Positions 48,802 to 58,800 of a stretch of DNA of 64,000 nt are shown here, piece by piece (the stretch's first letter is position 1; the number at the start of each line of letters is the position of its first letter). The stretch is taken from NCBI GenBank assembly GCA_963833985.1, contig CAWIAD010000002.1, positions 576,001-640,000 of the forward strand, in the 5' to 3' direction. This DNA comes from an uncultured Planctomycetaceae bacterium. Lineage in GTDB: Bacteria; Planctomycetota; Planctomycetia; Isosphaerales; Isosphaeraceae. The translations under genes and the position numbers were made by a program. Below the pieces are notes generated by a model that saw only the letters and a list, made by a program, of their open reading frames with translations, did not search any database and was not told the origin of the DNA.

Positions 48802-50571
48802 ATGAGCGAGACGCCCTCGCACTTCGTTGCCGTTTGCCCGAACTGTCTGGTCAGCCTGAAAGTCAGGATGATCTACAGCGGCAGCATGGTGCGCTGCAAG
48901 CATTGCCAGCATAAGTTCCGTGCACTGGTGCCGGATGCTTCGCTCACACCGAGCTCGGAAGATTACCTCGCCGGGCCGCTCAGCCCGCGAATGGCCTCCG
49001 CGGAGGCGCAGCAAGGAGCGGCCTCCGCTGAGCATGCCGACATATTCTCGCAGCTATATGCCGCGCGTGAGGTCGAGGAATCGAGTGCTCCGGACGCCGA
49101 AGCGGACGCGGGCCCCCAGTCGGATGAGCCGTCCGACGAGCTGGCGAGCGCGCTGGCGGCCGCTCGCGATGAGAACTCGCAGCTCGCACTGAGCCTGGAA
49201 CAATCACGGCTGGAGCTGGCTCGGCTGCAAGATGAGAAGGTCAGTCTGGATGCGCGCCTGGAGGCGCTCCAGCAGCAGTACGATCGGCTCCAGGAGGAGC
49301 ATCGCCCGCTGCCCGGCCGGCTGGAAAGCCTGGAGCGGGAACATGCCAGCCTGCGCTCGGAACGCGACGAGCTTCTGGCCCGGATCGAGCAGGTGGAACA
49401 GCTGCGCGGCGAGCACGAACAGCTGCGCGGCGAGAGCCAGCGGCTGAGGAAGGAGCACGCGCAGGGCGGACGCGAGCAGGAAAGTCTGCGGGGCGAGAGC
49501 CAGCGGCTGAGGGAGCAGGTGCAGCAGCTCGAATCCGAGCTCGCCTCGCGGCAGGAGCTTGCAGGGCAGGTGCAGCAGCTCGAATCCGAGCTCGCCTCGC
49601 GGCAGGAACTTGCAGGGCAGGTGCAGCAGCTCGAATCCGAGCTCGCCTCGCGGCAGGAGCTTGCCGGCGTTGCTGTCGACCTCGAGCAAGCGCTTCGGCT
49701 GGCTCAGACCCGGGTCCAGGAGCTGGACGAGCGGGTCCAGGAGCTCGAGGCGGCGTGCGCGACGGCCCGGAACGAACGGGGGCTGCTTGATGAACAGCTC
49801 CGCGGCGTGCAGAGCGAGCTCGCCTCCGTACAGGCCCATCGCGATGAGCTCCAGGGCCGCCATGCCGAGCAGCTTCGCGCGCTGGAGCTGGCGAACGAGA
49901 ACCACGGGAACCTGGCCGACCAGCTTCGCCAGCGCGATCAGGAGCTTTCCGACAAGCGCGCCGAGATCGACCGCCTGGCCGCCGCCCGCCAGGACGACGC
50001 CGCCCAGGTCGAAGAACTCCGGGGGAGCCTGGTCCGGCGCGAGCAAGAGTTGCTCAGCGAGAGCGAGGCGTTGCGCGCCCAGATTGAGGAGCTGCGCGGC
50101 ACTCTCGAAGGCGACGCGCGGAGGCACCACGAGGAGCAGACTCAGCTCGTCGAGCAGCATCGGCTCGCCCGCCAGGAGCTGGAGGCCGTGCGTGGCGAGC
50201 TCGCCGAGCTTCAAGATCGGCAACGCGGGCTGCTGGAACAGATCGAGCAGCAGGATGCGGTACACGGCCAGACCGTCGCGGCCCAGCGCTCCGCCGTCGA
50301 GGCAGAGTTCCAGGACAAGCTGCTTGCCGATCAGTCCGAGCACCTCCGGCAGTTGAATGAAGCTCGGGCCGAGGCCGTGGCGAATGCCCAGCAGGTGGAG
50401 CGCCTCAAGGCCGAGATCCTCACACTCGCCCAGACGCGTTCCTCCACAGACGCCGACCTGGCAGCCGCACGTGCCGAGGTGGCCGATCTGCGCGCCAGGC
50501 TCGCCGACACGGAGACGACCAAGCGGTCGATCTCGTCTTTGCTGGAAGGCCTGGGCATACGGCTGCATTGA
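48802..50571 (+). CDS. Zinc-ribbon protein with a long coiled coil
   Basis: CPNC..CKHC N-terminus, acidic linker, more than 400 aa rich in E/Q/L/R/A. Confidence 0.85.
   Translation: MSETPSHFVAVCPNCLVSLKVRMIYSGSMVRCKHCQHKFRALVPDASLTPSSEDYLAGPLSPRMASAEAQQGAASAEHADIFSQLYAAREVEESSAPDAEADAGPQSDEPSDELASALAAARDENSQLALSLEQSRLELARLQDEKVSLDARLEALQQQYDRLQEEHRPLPGRLESLEREHASLRSERDELLARIEQVEQLRGEHEQLRGESQRLRKEHAQGGREQESLRGESQRLREQVQQLESELASRQELAGQVQQLESELASRQELAGQVQQLESELASRQELAGVAVDLEQALRLAQTRVQELDERVQELEAACATARNERGLLDEQLRGVQSELASVQAHRDELQGRHAEQLRALELANENHGNLADQLRQRDQELSDKRAEIDRLAAARQDDAAQVEELRGSLVRREQELLSESEALRAQIEELRGTLEGDARRHHEEQTQLVEQHRLARQELEAVRGELAELQDRQRGLLEQIEQQDAVHGQTVAAQRSAVEAEFQDKLLADQSEHLRQLNEARAEAVANAQQVERLKAEILTLAQTRSSTDADLAAARAEVADLRARLADTETTKRSISSLLEGLGIRLH
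49515..49667 (+). repeat. In-frame 51-bp tandem repeat, three copies (QVQQLESELASRQELAG)
   Basis: Units start at 49515, 49566 and 49617; near-identical. Confidence 0.95.
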
Positions 50572-50590
50572 CGCCGCGCAGGCGGCGATT

Positions 50591-51064
50591 TCAATCGAGC
50601 CCCAGCGCCTTCCGCTTGTCGATGATGAAGCCAATGTGATGGGGAATGTGTTCGGCCTCGGCGCGGAGCATGTCCTCGAGAGTGACCAGCCCACGCTCGC
50701 TGTGAACGCCGGTGAACGACCAGGCGGCATCGGGGAGCGTTTTCAAAATGCGGGCCATCTGCTGCCGCATGCCTTCGAGGAGGGTCAGTTCTTCCTCCAG
50801 ATCGCGATCGTGGCAGGCCAGGGCGGAGGCGAACCTGGTTTCATCGTAGCCAATGAGCAGGGGCAGGCTCTCCGCGATCACGCGTTTCATCCGGTGGCAC
50901 CAGGCCTGCTCGCTGTCCACAAGGTGACAGACAACCTCCAGGGTGCTCCAGCGCTCAGGCACCGGGCGAGCGCGCAACTGCTCGGGGCTCATGTCGGCCA
51001 CGGCCCCGCGGAGGGCCTGAGGACCGTTCAGGTAGGACTCGATCAAACCAGGTGGACCGGGCAT
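50591..51064 (-). CDS. DinB-family protein
   Basis: WSTLEVVCHLVDSE, HIPHHIGFI metal-binding His pattern. Confidence 0.85.
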   Translation of the reverse strand: MPGPPGLIESYLNGPQALRGAVADMSPEQLRARPVPERWSTLEVVCHLVDSEQAWCHRMKRVIAESLPLLIGYDETRFASALACHDRDLEEELTLLEGMRQQMARILKTLPDAAWSFTGVHSERGLVTLEDMLRAEAEHIPHHIGFIIDKRKALGLD

Positions 51065-51104
51065 GGAAGGGTCTCCTTGCGGCAAAAGAGGATTGAGGAA
51101 TGTC

Positions 51105-51680
51105 TCAGACGTAGCCCGCCGCCTCCATCTTCGCGCGGGCGAACTCGAACTTCGGGCCGTGACCCTCCTGATAGGACCGGGGATTCCGGGTCTGGAGTTG
51201 GACCGAGCGCCGCCTGAGGAACTCGTAGATCGGCACGACCTCGGCGCCACGACCATGATGGGCCAGGAGCCCGCAATACAGGCAGTAGACCTCGAAGTCC
51301 TCGTGAGCGCGGCGCTGCGCCTCCTCGGCGAACGGCAGTGCCTCGTCGAGCCGGCCGAGCTGGACCAGGGCCCACCCCAGTGCCGCATGAGATGCAGGGC
51401 TGTGACTGCCGAGCGCGAGGGACTGCCGCAATTCGGCCTCCGCCTCCTCGGGCCGGCCGGCCATCAGGTACACCTGGCCGAGCGTCACGTGCAGCGCGGG
51501 TGACGAAGGGCTCCTCGCGATCAGTGCCTGGAGGCGGCTCACGGCCGGGGCGAAGTCGCCGCGCCTGGACCGGCGCAGTGCCCGCTGCCGGGGGCTGATC
51601 CACTGATACAGCGTCCACCCGAGGAAGGACATGGCCCCGGCAGCCAGGACGATGATCAGGAGCCATTGCCGGAACGTCAT
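51105..51680 (-). CDS. Membrane-anchored tetratricopeptide-repeat protein
   Basis: N-terminal TM; LGQVYLMAGRPEEAE and LGWALVQLGRLDEAL TPR units. Confidence 0.8.
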   Translation of the reverse strand: MTFRQWLLIIVLAAGAMSFLGWTLYQWISPRQRALRRSRRGDFAPAVSRLQALIARSPSSPALHVTLGQVYLMAGRPEEAEAELRQSLALGSHSPASHAALGWALVQLGRLDEALPFAEEAQRRAHEDFEVYCLYCGLLAHHGRGAEVVPIYEFLRRRSVQLQTRNPRSYQEGHGPKFEFARAKMEAAGYV

Positions 51681-51872
51681 GACGGTCCCTGTTCCCTGCC
51701 CACATTTCCCCTCGACTGAACTGAACAGTGTACCCTGCTTGCGCAGGGCCATCACCATGACCCGCATTTCCTGATTGGAACTTCCCTGCCTTCATGGTCG
51801 GGTGTTCTCTCGCTAAACTGATGGGGCGGTGGTGACGAGGCCGCTGGAGTCCCGGAACGCGAGAGACTGACC

Positions 51873-52409
51873 GTGCCGCACAAGGTGGACATCCTCATCA
51901 GCGAGTCGGAGATCCAGGAGCGCGTGCGTGCGCTCGGCAAGCAGATCGAGATCGATTACCGCGACCAGCCGCTGACCATCCTTGCCGTGCTGACCGGCAG
52001 CCTGATCTTGCTGGCGGACCTGGTGCGGCAGATCGGCATCCCGCACCGCATCGCCCTGATCCAGACCAGCAGCTACCGGGGAGCGACCACCGTGCCCGGC
52101 TCGCTGGTCATCAACGAATCGTTCGCTCCGGACGTTGCGAACCGCGACATCCTGCTGCTCGACGACATCCTCGATACGGGCAGGACGCTCGATGCTCTGG
52201 TGCGGCAGCTTGCCAGTCGAGGTGCGCGAAGCGTTCGAACGGCTGTGCTGCTGCGCAAGCTGGGCCGGCAAGAGGTCCCGTTCGAGCCCGATTACTGTGG
52301 GTTCACGATCCCCGATGCGTTCGTCGTTGGCTACGGCCTGGATTTCAACGACGACTACCGGCACTTGCCGTTTGTCGGAGTGCTGAAGGAAGGCGCGGCG
52401 AGCGAGTGA
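51873..52409 (+). CDS. hpt: Hypoxanthine phosphoribosyltransferase
   Basis: SSYRG, LLDDILDTGRTL, FVVGYGLD..YRHLP. Confidence 0.95.
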   Translation: MPHKVDILISESEIQERVRALGKQIEIDYRDQPLTILAVLTGSLILLADLVRQIGIPHRIALIQTSSYRGATTVPGSLVINESFAPDVANRDILLLDDILDTGRTLDALVRQLASRGARSVRTAVLLRKLGRQEVPFEPDYCGFTIPDAFVVGYGLDFNDDYRHLPFVGVLKEGAASE

Positions 52410-52537
52410 CCCGTGCGTTCGTAGGTATGTCAGCGTTCGGTGCATCGCAGATGGCAGAGGACAGACCCGCCACGGTTTCCAGGGACCACGCAACGCTCGC
52501 CACAGGCCGCTTGCCACGTCGTGAAGTCCGGGATCCC

Positions 52538-53698
52538 ATGCGGCTGGCACTGGTCACGCGCCGATACCCGCCGCTCATCGGCGGGGCGGAGAAGGTCCTC
52601 GGCTATCTTGCCGAGGCGCTGGCCGGTGCGGGTACGCTGGTCACGGTGTTGACTTCCCGCGCGGCGGGCGCCGGAGGGCTCCCCGCGATCGAAGAGGTCG
52701 CGGTTCCCCGCCATCTCGGTTGTGGACGCTTGACGGTGGTGCGGCTGGCGACCTCACAAGCTCGTTTCGTGGGCACCTGGCTTTACATGCAGAACCTGAG
52801 GCGCTGGTTCGCCAGGAATCCCATCGACCTGGCCTATGTTTCCATGCTCAAGCATGACGCCTACGTGGCCGTCGAGGCCGGACGCCGCATGGGGTTTCCG
52901 GTCGTCTTGCGGCCGGAGGGCGCGGGTGCCACCGGTGATCTCGCCTGGCAGGGCTGGGGGAACTTCGGGCGGAGAATTGGTGCACGCTGCAAGCGGGCCG
53001 ATGCGTTCGTGGCGATCTCACGCGCGATCGCGCGTGAGCTGGTCGCGGCAGGCTACGACGCATCGCGAATTCACTCGTTGCCCAACGGCGTGCCGGTGCC
53101 GAACGATCCCTGGCAGCGCCGGCCGGAGTGGCGAGCCGCGCCGCGGGCGGTCTACGTGGGACGGCTGGCACCCGAGAAGGGCCTGAGTACGTTGCTCCGC
53201 GCCTGGCCGGCGGTGCTGAAGATCCATTCCCGGGCTCGCCTCACGCTCCTGGGCGAAGGCCCCGAGCGAGAGCGGCTGGAAGCCGAGGTCCGCTCGCTGG
53301 GCCTCTCACTGGGAACGGACCAGGCGGTCGAGCTTCCCGGAGCCGTCAGCGACGTGACCTGCGCCCTGCGGAACGCCGATCTGTTCGTCTTGCCGTCCCG
53401 GGAAGAAGGCATGAGCATCGCGCTGCTGGAGGCGATGGCACTGGGCATTCCGCTGGTGGCCTCCTCGATCCCGGGAAACCGCCGCCTGGTGAGCGACTTC
53501 AAGCATGGCCGCCTGGCGCCGCCGGACAATCCTTCCCTGCTGGCGACGGCGATCCTCCAGCAATGGGAAGATTTCGACCGCGCCTTCCACATGAGCCGCA
53601 CCGCGCGGGGGCGTGTCGAACACGAGTTCTCGATCACTGCCGTGGCGCGGCAGCACCTGGCGCTGTTCGAGAGCCTTCTGGAACCACGAGGGAAATGA
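52538..53698 (+). CDS. GT4-family glycosyltransferase
   Basis: YPPLIGGAE, VGRLAPEKG, FVLPSREEGMSIALLEAMALG. Confidence 0.92.
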   Translation: MRLALVTRRYPPLIGGAEKVLGYLAEALAGAGTLVTVLTSRAAGAGGLPAIEEVAVPRHLGCGRLTVVRLATSQARFVGTWLYMQNLRRWFARNPIDLAYVSMLKHDAYVAVEAGRRMGFPVVLRPEGAGATGDLAWQGWGNFGRRIGARCKRADAFVAISRAIARELVAAGYDASRIHSLPNGVPVPNDPWQRRPEWRAAPRAVYVGRLAPEKGLSTLLRAWPAVLKIHSRARLTLLGEGPERERLEAEVRSLGLSLGTDQAVELPGAVSDVTCALRNADLFVLPSREEGMSIALLEAMALGIPLVASSIPGNRRLVSDFKHGRLAPPDNPSLLATAILQQWEDFDRAFHMSRTARGRVEHEFSITAVARQHLALFESLLEPRGK

Positions 53699-53702
53699 TC
53701 CC

Positions 53703-54850
53703 GTGCTCAAGGTCTTGCAGTTGATCCCGACGCTCGATCGCTCGGGCGCCGAGAAGCAGATGGTCTTGCTGGCCAGCGGACTGCCGAAGGACCGGTTCCG
53801 CGTCGAGGTGGCCGCCTTGACCAGGCTGGGCCCGCTGCAAGCCGAGCTCGAGGCAGCGGGCATACCGATCACCGCGCTGGGCAAGCGGTTCAAGGTCGAC
53901 CCGCTGGCTCTCTCCAGGCTCGTGCGGTTTCTCAAGGCCGGGAGCTTCGACGTGGTCCAGACCTGGATCTTCGCCGCCAACACGTACGGCCGGGTCGCGG
54001 CCCGCCTGGCGAAGGTTCCGGTCGTGATCACCACCGAGATGGCCGTCGATCTCTGGAAGGGCAGGGTGGAACGGTCGATCGATCGGCGGCTGGCCTCGTG
54101 GTGCGACCGCCTGGTGGGGAACTCGCATGCGGTCGTCGACTACTATCGCGCGCTGGGCGTACCCGAAGACCGGCTGATGATGATTTACTCCGGCATCGGT
54201 GCCGGAGAGCCTCCCGCGGTCGATCCGGCTGCCGTTCGCCTGGAGCATGGCTTTGCGGCGGATGCGCCCTGGTGTTCTTCGCGGGCCGGCTGGCAGGGCA
54301 GAAGCGCGTCGAGGACCTGCTCAAGGCGCTCGACCTGCTTCAGCACGTGCAGCCCGACGTGCGAACCTTGATCGCCGGCGACGGCCCGCTCCGCGCTGAG
54401 CTCGAGGAGAACGCCGGGCTCTACCACCTGACGGAACGGGTCCGGTTCCTGGGTCATCGCGAGGACGTGCCCCGGCTCATGGCCGCCGCCGACCTCGTCG
54501 TGCTGCCCAGCGCCTATGAGGGGCTGCCGAATCTGCTGCTCGAAGCCATGATGTTCAGGAAGCCCGTCGTGGCCACGGCCGCACCGGGGACCACGGAGGT
54601 CGTGGTCGACGGCGAGACCGGCGTGCTGGTCCCCGTGGCCAACCCTCAGCTCCTGGCCCGCGCGATCCGCGACCTCGTCCGCGACCCCGAGCTTGGCCGA
54701 CGGCTGGGTGCGGCCGCACGTGCACACGTCGAGACGAAATTCCCGGTCCGGGCCATGATCGACCAGTTCGCCGCGCTTTATGAGGAGCTGGCCATGAAGC
54801 GGCGTCTGAGTGTCTCGGGAAGCACGGAAGCCACGAGCCGGAGCCGTTGA
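53703..54850 (+). CDS. GT4-family glycosyltransferase; frameshift at ~54268
   Basis: LDRSGAEKQ, AGRLAGQKR, VLPSAYEGLPNLLLEAM. Confidence 0.88.
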
Positions 54851-54922
54851 TCGCACCGTTCCGGAACCCGGCTGGGGCGGCGCGTGCCCATGAATGAATC
54901 AGGCCAAACCCCGGCGGCCCGA

Positions 54923-55628
54923 TCAGTTCTTGCCCGGGAAATCGAACCATTCTCCGGGCTGGAGCACCACGGGCGTCGCGCTGGTTTCCGCCCGGACGCG
55001 CGCGGCCCAGGCGCTGGCGTCCTGCGTGATGGGCGGGAAGGTGTTGTAGTGGATGGGCAGCACGAACCGCGGCTTGATCAGCTTGACGGTGCGCAGGGCA
55101 TCGTCCGGGCCCATGGTGTAGTAGTCGCCGATCGGCAAGACCGCCAGGTCGATCTCTTCCTCACCGATCAGGGCCATGTCGCCGAAGAGCGCGGTGTCGG
55201 CGGCGTCGTAGATCCTGGTTCCATCAGCACAGGTGATGAGGAACCCGCAGGGGTTGCCGCCGTTGCTGCCGTCCGGCAGCGCCGAGCCGTGAAATGCCAG
55301 GGTGAGCTTGACGCGCAGGCCGCTCTGGAAGGTGTATCCGCCGCCATGCTGCATGCCGTGGACCTGCGACACCTTGCGCGGCTCTTCTTGCAGCCAGTTG
55401 CTGATCTCGTAGTTGCAGACGACCGGCGCCGGTCCTCCTGGAAATGGCCACGGCATCGCCCACGTGATCGCCGTGGCCGTGCGAGACCAGGATCAGGTCG
55501 GCCGGAACCTGCTCGGCGGTCGCGGCCGCCTTGGGGTTGCCCGTCAGAAACGGGTCAATGAGCACGTTCTCTCCCCCGGTTTCCAGCAGCAGGCAGGAGT
55601 GGCCCAACCATCGAAGTCGTGTCGCCAT
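54923..55628 (-). CDS. Metallo-beta-lactamase-fold hydrolase (UPF0173-like); frameshift at ~55428
   Basis: WLGHS, IDPFLTGNP, SHGHGDHVGD, LPIGDYYTMG, PIHYNTFP. Confidence 0.9.
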
Positions 55629-55834
55629 GATGAGTTCTCTGCTTGACCGTGACGGAACCCCGCGCGAGGGAATCGGCCCGCGGAGGCCTGACTTGCGCGG
55701 GGCCATGGGACGCCCGGCCCGGCCGACCCAACGTCCCCTACCCGGAGATCATGCCCCACGAGGCGCAGGCTGGCAACAGCTTTCTCCCGCGTAGCGGGCC
55801 GCGCCGCGATGGCTGGAGCCCGCGATCACTCCGC

Positions 55835-58800
55835 TCAGCGGCGGAAGGCGTGGAACGGGCGCTTCATGGCGGCGCTCGCCACGGCCGAGGTCCGGTGAGT
55901 CAAGCGTGACGCCGCGGGCTTGACGCTCGAGCTTGACGCGTTCACCACTCCCGCGCTGATTCTGGTGCCGGCGACCGTCGAGCCCGGTGCGAAAGGGTAC
56001 TGGCTGATGAGGAAGGGCGGCGAGTGCAGCTTCACCCGGACGTCGCCGAAGGAACCCAGACCCCACAGGGTGTTGCCCAGGTACGCCATGCCCGAGCTGG
56101 TGCGCGTTTTCCTCAGCGTCCCCGAGAGGACCGTATGGTGCGGGACCTCGCCCACCACCGACAGCTTGATTCCCTGGCCGGTACCGCTCATCCAGTCGTC
56201 GAGGATGCCTCCACCCGTGATCTTGAGATTCACCTGGTCGCCGCTGGACGTGTAGTAGCGGAGGTTCGTACCGCGGGCAATCATGGCGGTGTAGTCGGTG
56301 GCCGGCGTGCTGCCGTTGCCGGCCAGCATGTTGCCGCCGATGTCCTCGACTCCCCCAGGCGAGAGGCCGTTGATCTGAAGGTGGAAGAACTGGTTCGCGC
56401 GGAGAGGCTGCGCCGGGGTCAAGGTCACAGTCCAGATCGACGAGGTATAGCTCGGCGCTTCGAGCGGGACTCCCGTGTCGTCGAGCGTCCCATACCTGCC
56501 GTCCGCCCCCACGTTGACCAGCGCGTAGTTGTTCGGATCAACGGCCGTCCCGGCGATGAGCGGCTTGTTGAAGGTGACGAAGATCTGCCGGATGTTTTGC
56601 GTGGTCCCGGTCCACTGCACATTGGTGACGGTGAGTGGCGTGTGGTTGGGATCGATGTCCTGGATGGTGAGTGTCGCGTTGCTGGGTGAGCCCAGGATGG
56701 CCTGTCCCGGCAGCCCGGCAGGAATGAACGTTTGAATGCCGTTCAGCACCACGCCCACCAGCTCGTCATGGCTATCGTACGGATTGGCCAGCACCGGAAC
56801 GACGATTGTTTGCGAGCTGATCCCCGGTGCGAAGGTGAGCGTCCCCGAGACCGGCGTGTAATCCAGGCCGGGGGTCGCATTGATGGCCACCGTCTGGTAA
56901 TTGACCGTGATGGTGCCGCGCAGGCCGTCCACACGGTTCACGGTGAGCGTCGCGGAGGCCGCGTTTTCCGGAACCGCGTAAGCCCCCGCGCTGAATTCAA
57001 TGGTCCCCACATGGTCGAGGACCGTGGTCGACGCGCTGGCCGAGTTGTTCGAGGTATCCGTATCGGTCTCGTTGGCCGCGACGCGGGTCGTGGCGTTGAA
57101 GGTGCCGAAGGCGGAGGGCACAAGCGCGTAGGTGACTGTGAACGACGCACCCGCAGCCAGCGTGCTTACGTTGGCCACGACATCCGATCCGACCAGGCTG
57201 ACCGTGCCAGACGGGCTCACCGTCCCCGAACCGGCCACGTAGGTTGCATTGCCCAGGGGACTGGTGACGACCAGGGCGGTGGCCGGAGACGGGCCGCAGT
57301 TGGTGACGACGAGTGTATAGTTGATCTTGCCGCCTAGCTCGATGGGTTCGGGTGTCGCCGTGAACTGGGTGACGCTCAGGTCGACCGCGGGGGCGATGGT
57401 CGTCAGGGCGTGGGACGTATTGCTTGTCGTGTCGGGATCGTGCTCGTTGCCGGCAATCGTCGCGGTATCGGTCAATGGCGAGTGCCCGACCGCGGCCGCG
57501 GTGGGCGTCACCGTGATCACCAGGGTGACCGATGCCTGCACGGCAAGGTCGCCCACGTTGAAGGTCAACTTGCCGGAGCTGTCGGGGGTGACGCCACCGG
57601 TCGCGGAGACGAACGTCACGTCGGTGGGGAGGGGAGGCAACACATCAATGACCGTCACGCCGGTGGCTGGTGACGGACCGTTGTTGGTTGCCGTGATCGT
57701 GTACTCGAGCGGTTGACCCGCAAGGCTCGACGTGGGCGCCGAGACGTTCACCGCCAGGTCCGCGCTGGGGACCACCGTGGTGACGCTCTTGGCCGTGTTG
57801 TTCTGCGGCGAGGTATCGGCATTCTGCCCGGAGATGGTGACGCTGTTAGTCACCTGGCCGGCGGCTGCGGCCTGCGGTGTGACGATGATCGTCATGGTCA
57901 CGGGCGTGCCGCCCACGGCCAGGCTGCCCAGGTCAGCCGTCACCACATTGCCCACGATGACCGGATCCACGCCCGGTAGTGACGTCGTGGCCGAGACGAT
58001 GGACAGGCTCGTGGGCACGTTGTCGGTGAGCACGGCCGCCGGCTCGGCGGACGGCCCGGCGTTGCTGGCCGTGATCGTGTACGTGATCTGGTCGCCCACG
58101 TAGACCGGCCCTGTCGTGGCCGTCATGCCCACCTGGAGATCGCTCACGGGAATGACCGGCACAGAGACGCTCGCGGTGTCGTTGCTGGAGTTGGGATCGA
58201 ACTGGTCGCCCGCCACCGTGGCCATGTCGGTCGTGGGCGAGGCACTCGTTCCCATGGTGGAAACGATGACCTGGAAGATTGCCGACTTGCTGTTCGCAAG
58301 ATCCACCGCGGCGAAGGTGATCACGTTTTTTGAGTCCGGCGTGACACCTCCGGTCGCGGAGACGAACGTCACATCACCGGGGATCGTGTCGGTCACGACC
58401 ACGCCCGTGGCGTCGGAGGGGCCGTTGTTCGTGGCGGTGATCGTGTAGGTCACCTGCATGCCGGCGTCGACGGGCGTCGGATTCGGGCTGATGACGACCT
58501 GGAGATCGGCCGCGGGACTGATCGTGTTGGTGGTGGTCTGCGTATTGTTGCCAGTGTTCGAGTCGAACTCATTCCCAGTGATCGTGGCCGTGTTCGAGAG
58601 GGGCGAATCCGCCACGGCGGCTGCGTTCGGCGTCACCGTGATGGTGACCGTCACCGGAGTTCCCGAGGCCAGGTCACCAAAGTCGGCCGTGACGACGTTA
58701 CCGTTCACCGTGGGAGTCACGCCCGAGATGGATGTCACGGCCGATATGGAACCGATGTCGGTCAGCGAGGGAAGGGTGTCGGTGACGATCACTCCCGTTG

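Noticed and set aside
49515..49667. 51-bp repeats as a CRISPR array
   Set aside because: No spacers, in-frame within a CDS, and no cas genes
4565..55432. Frameshifted genes as pseudogenes or programmed frameshifts
   Set aside because: No other decay, no slippery heptamers, and housekeeping genes such as kdsD are affected; sequencing error is more likely
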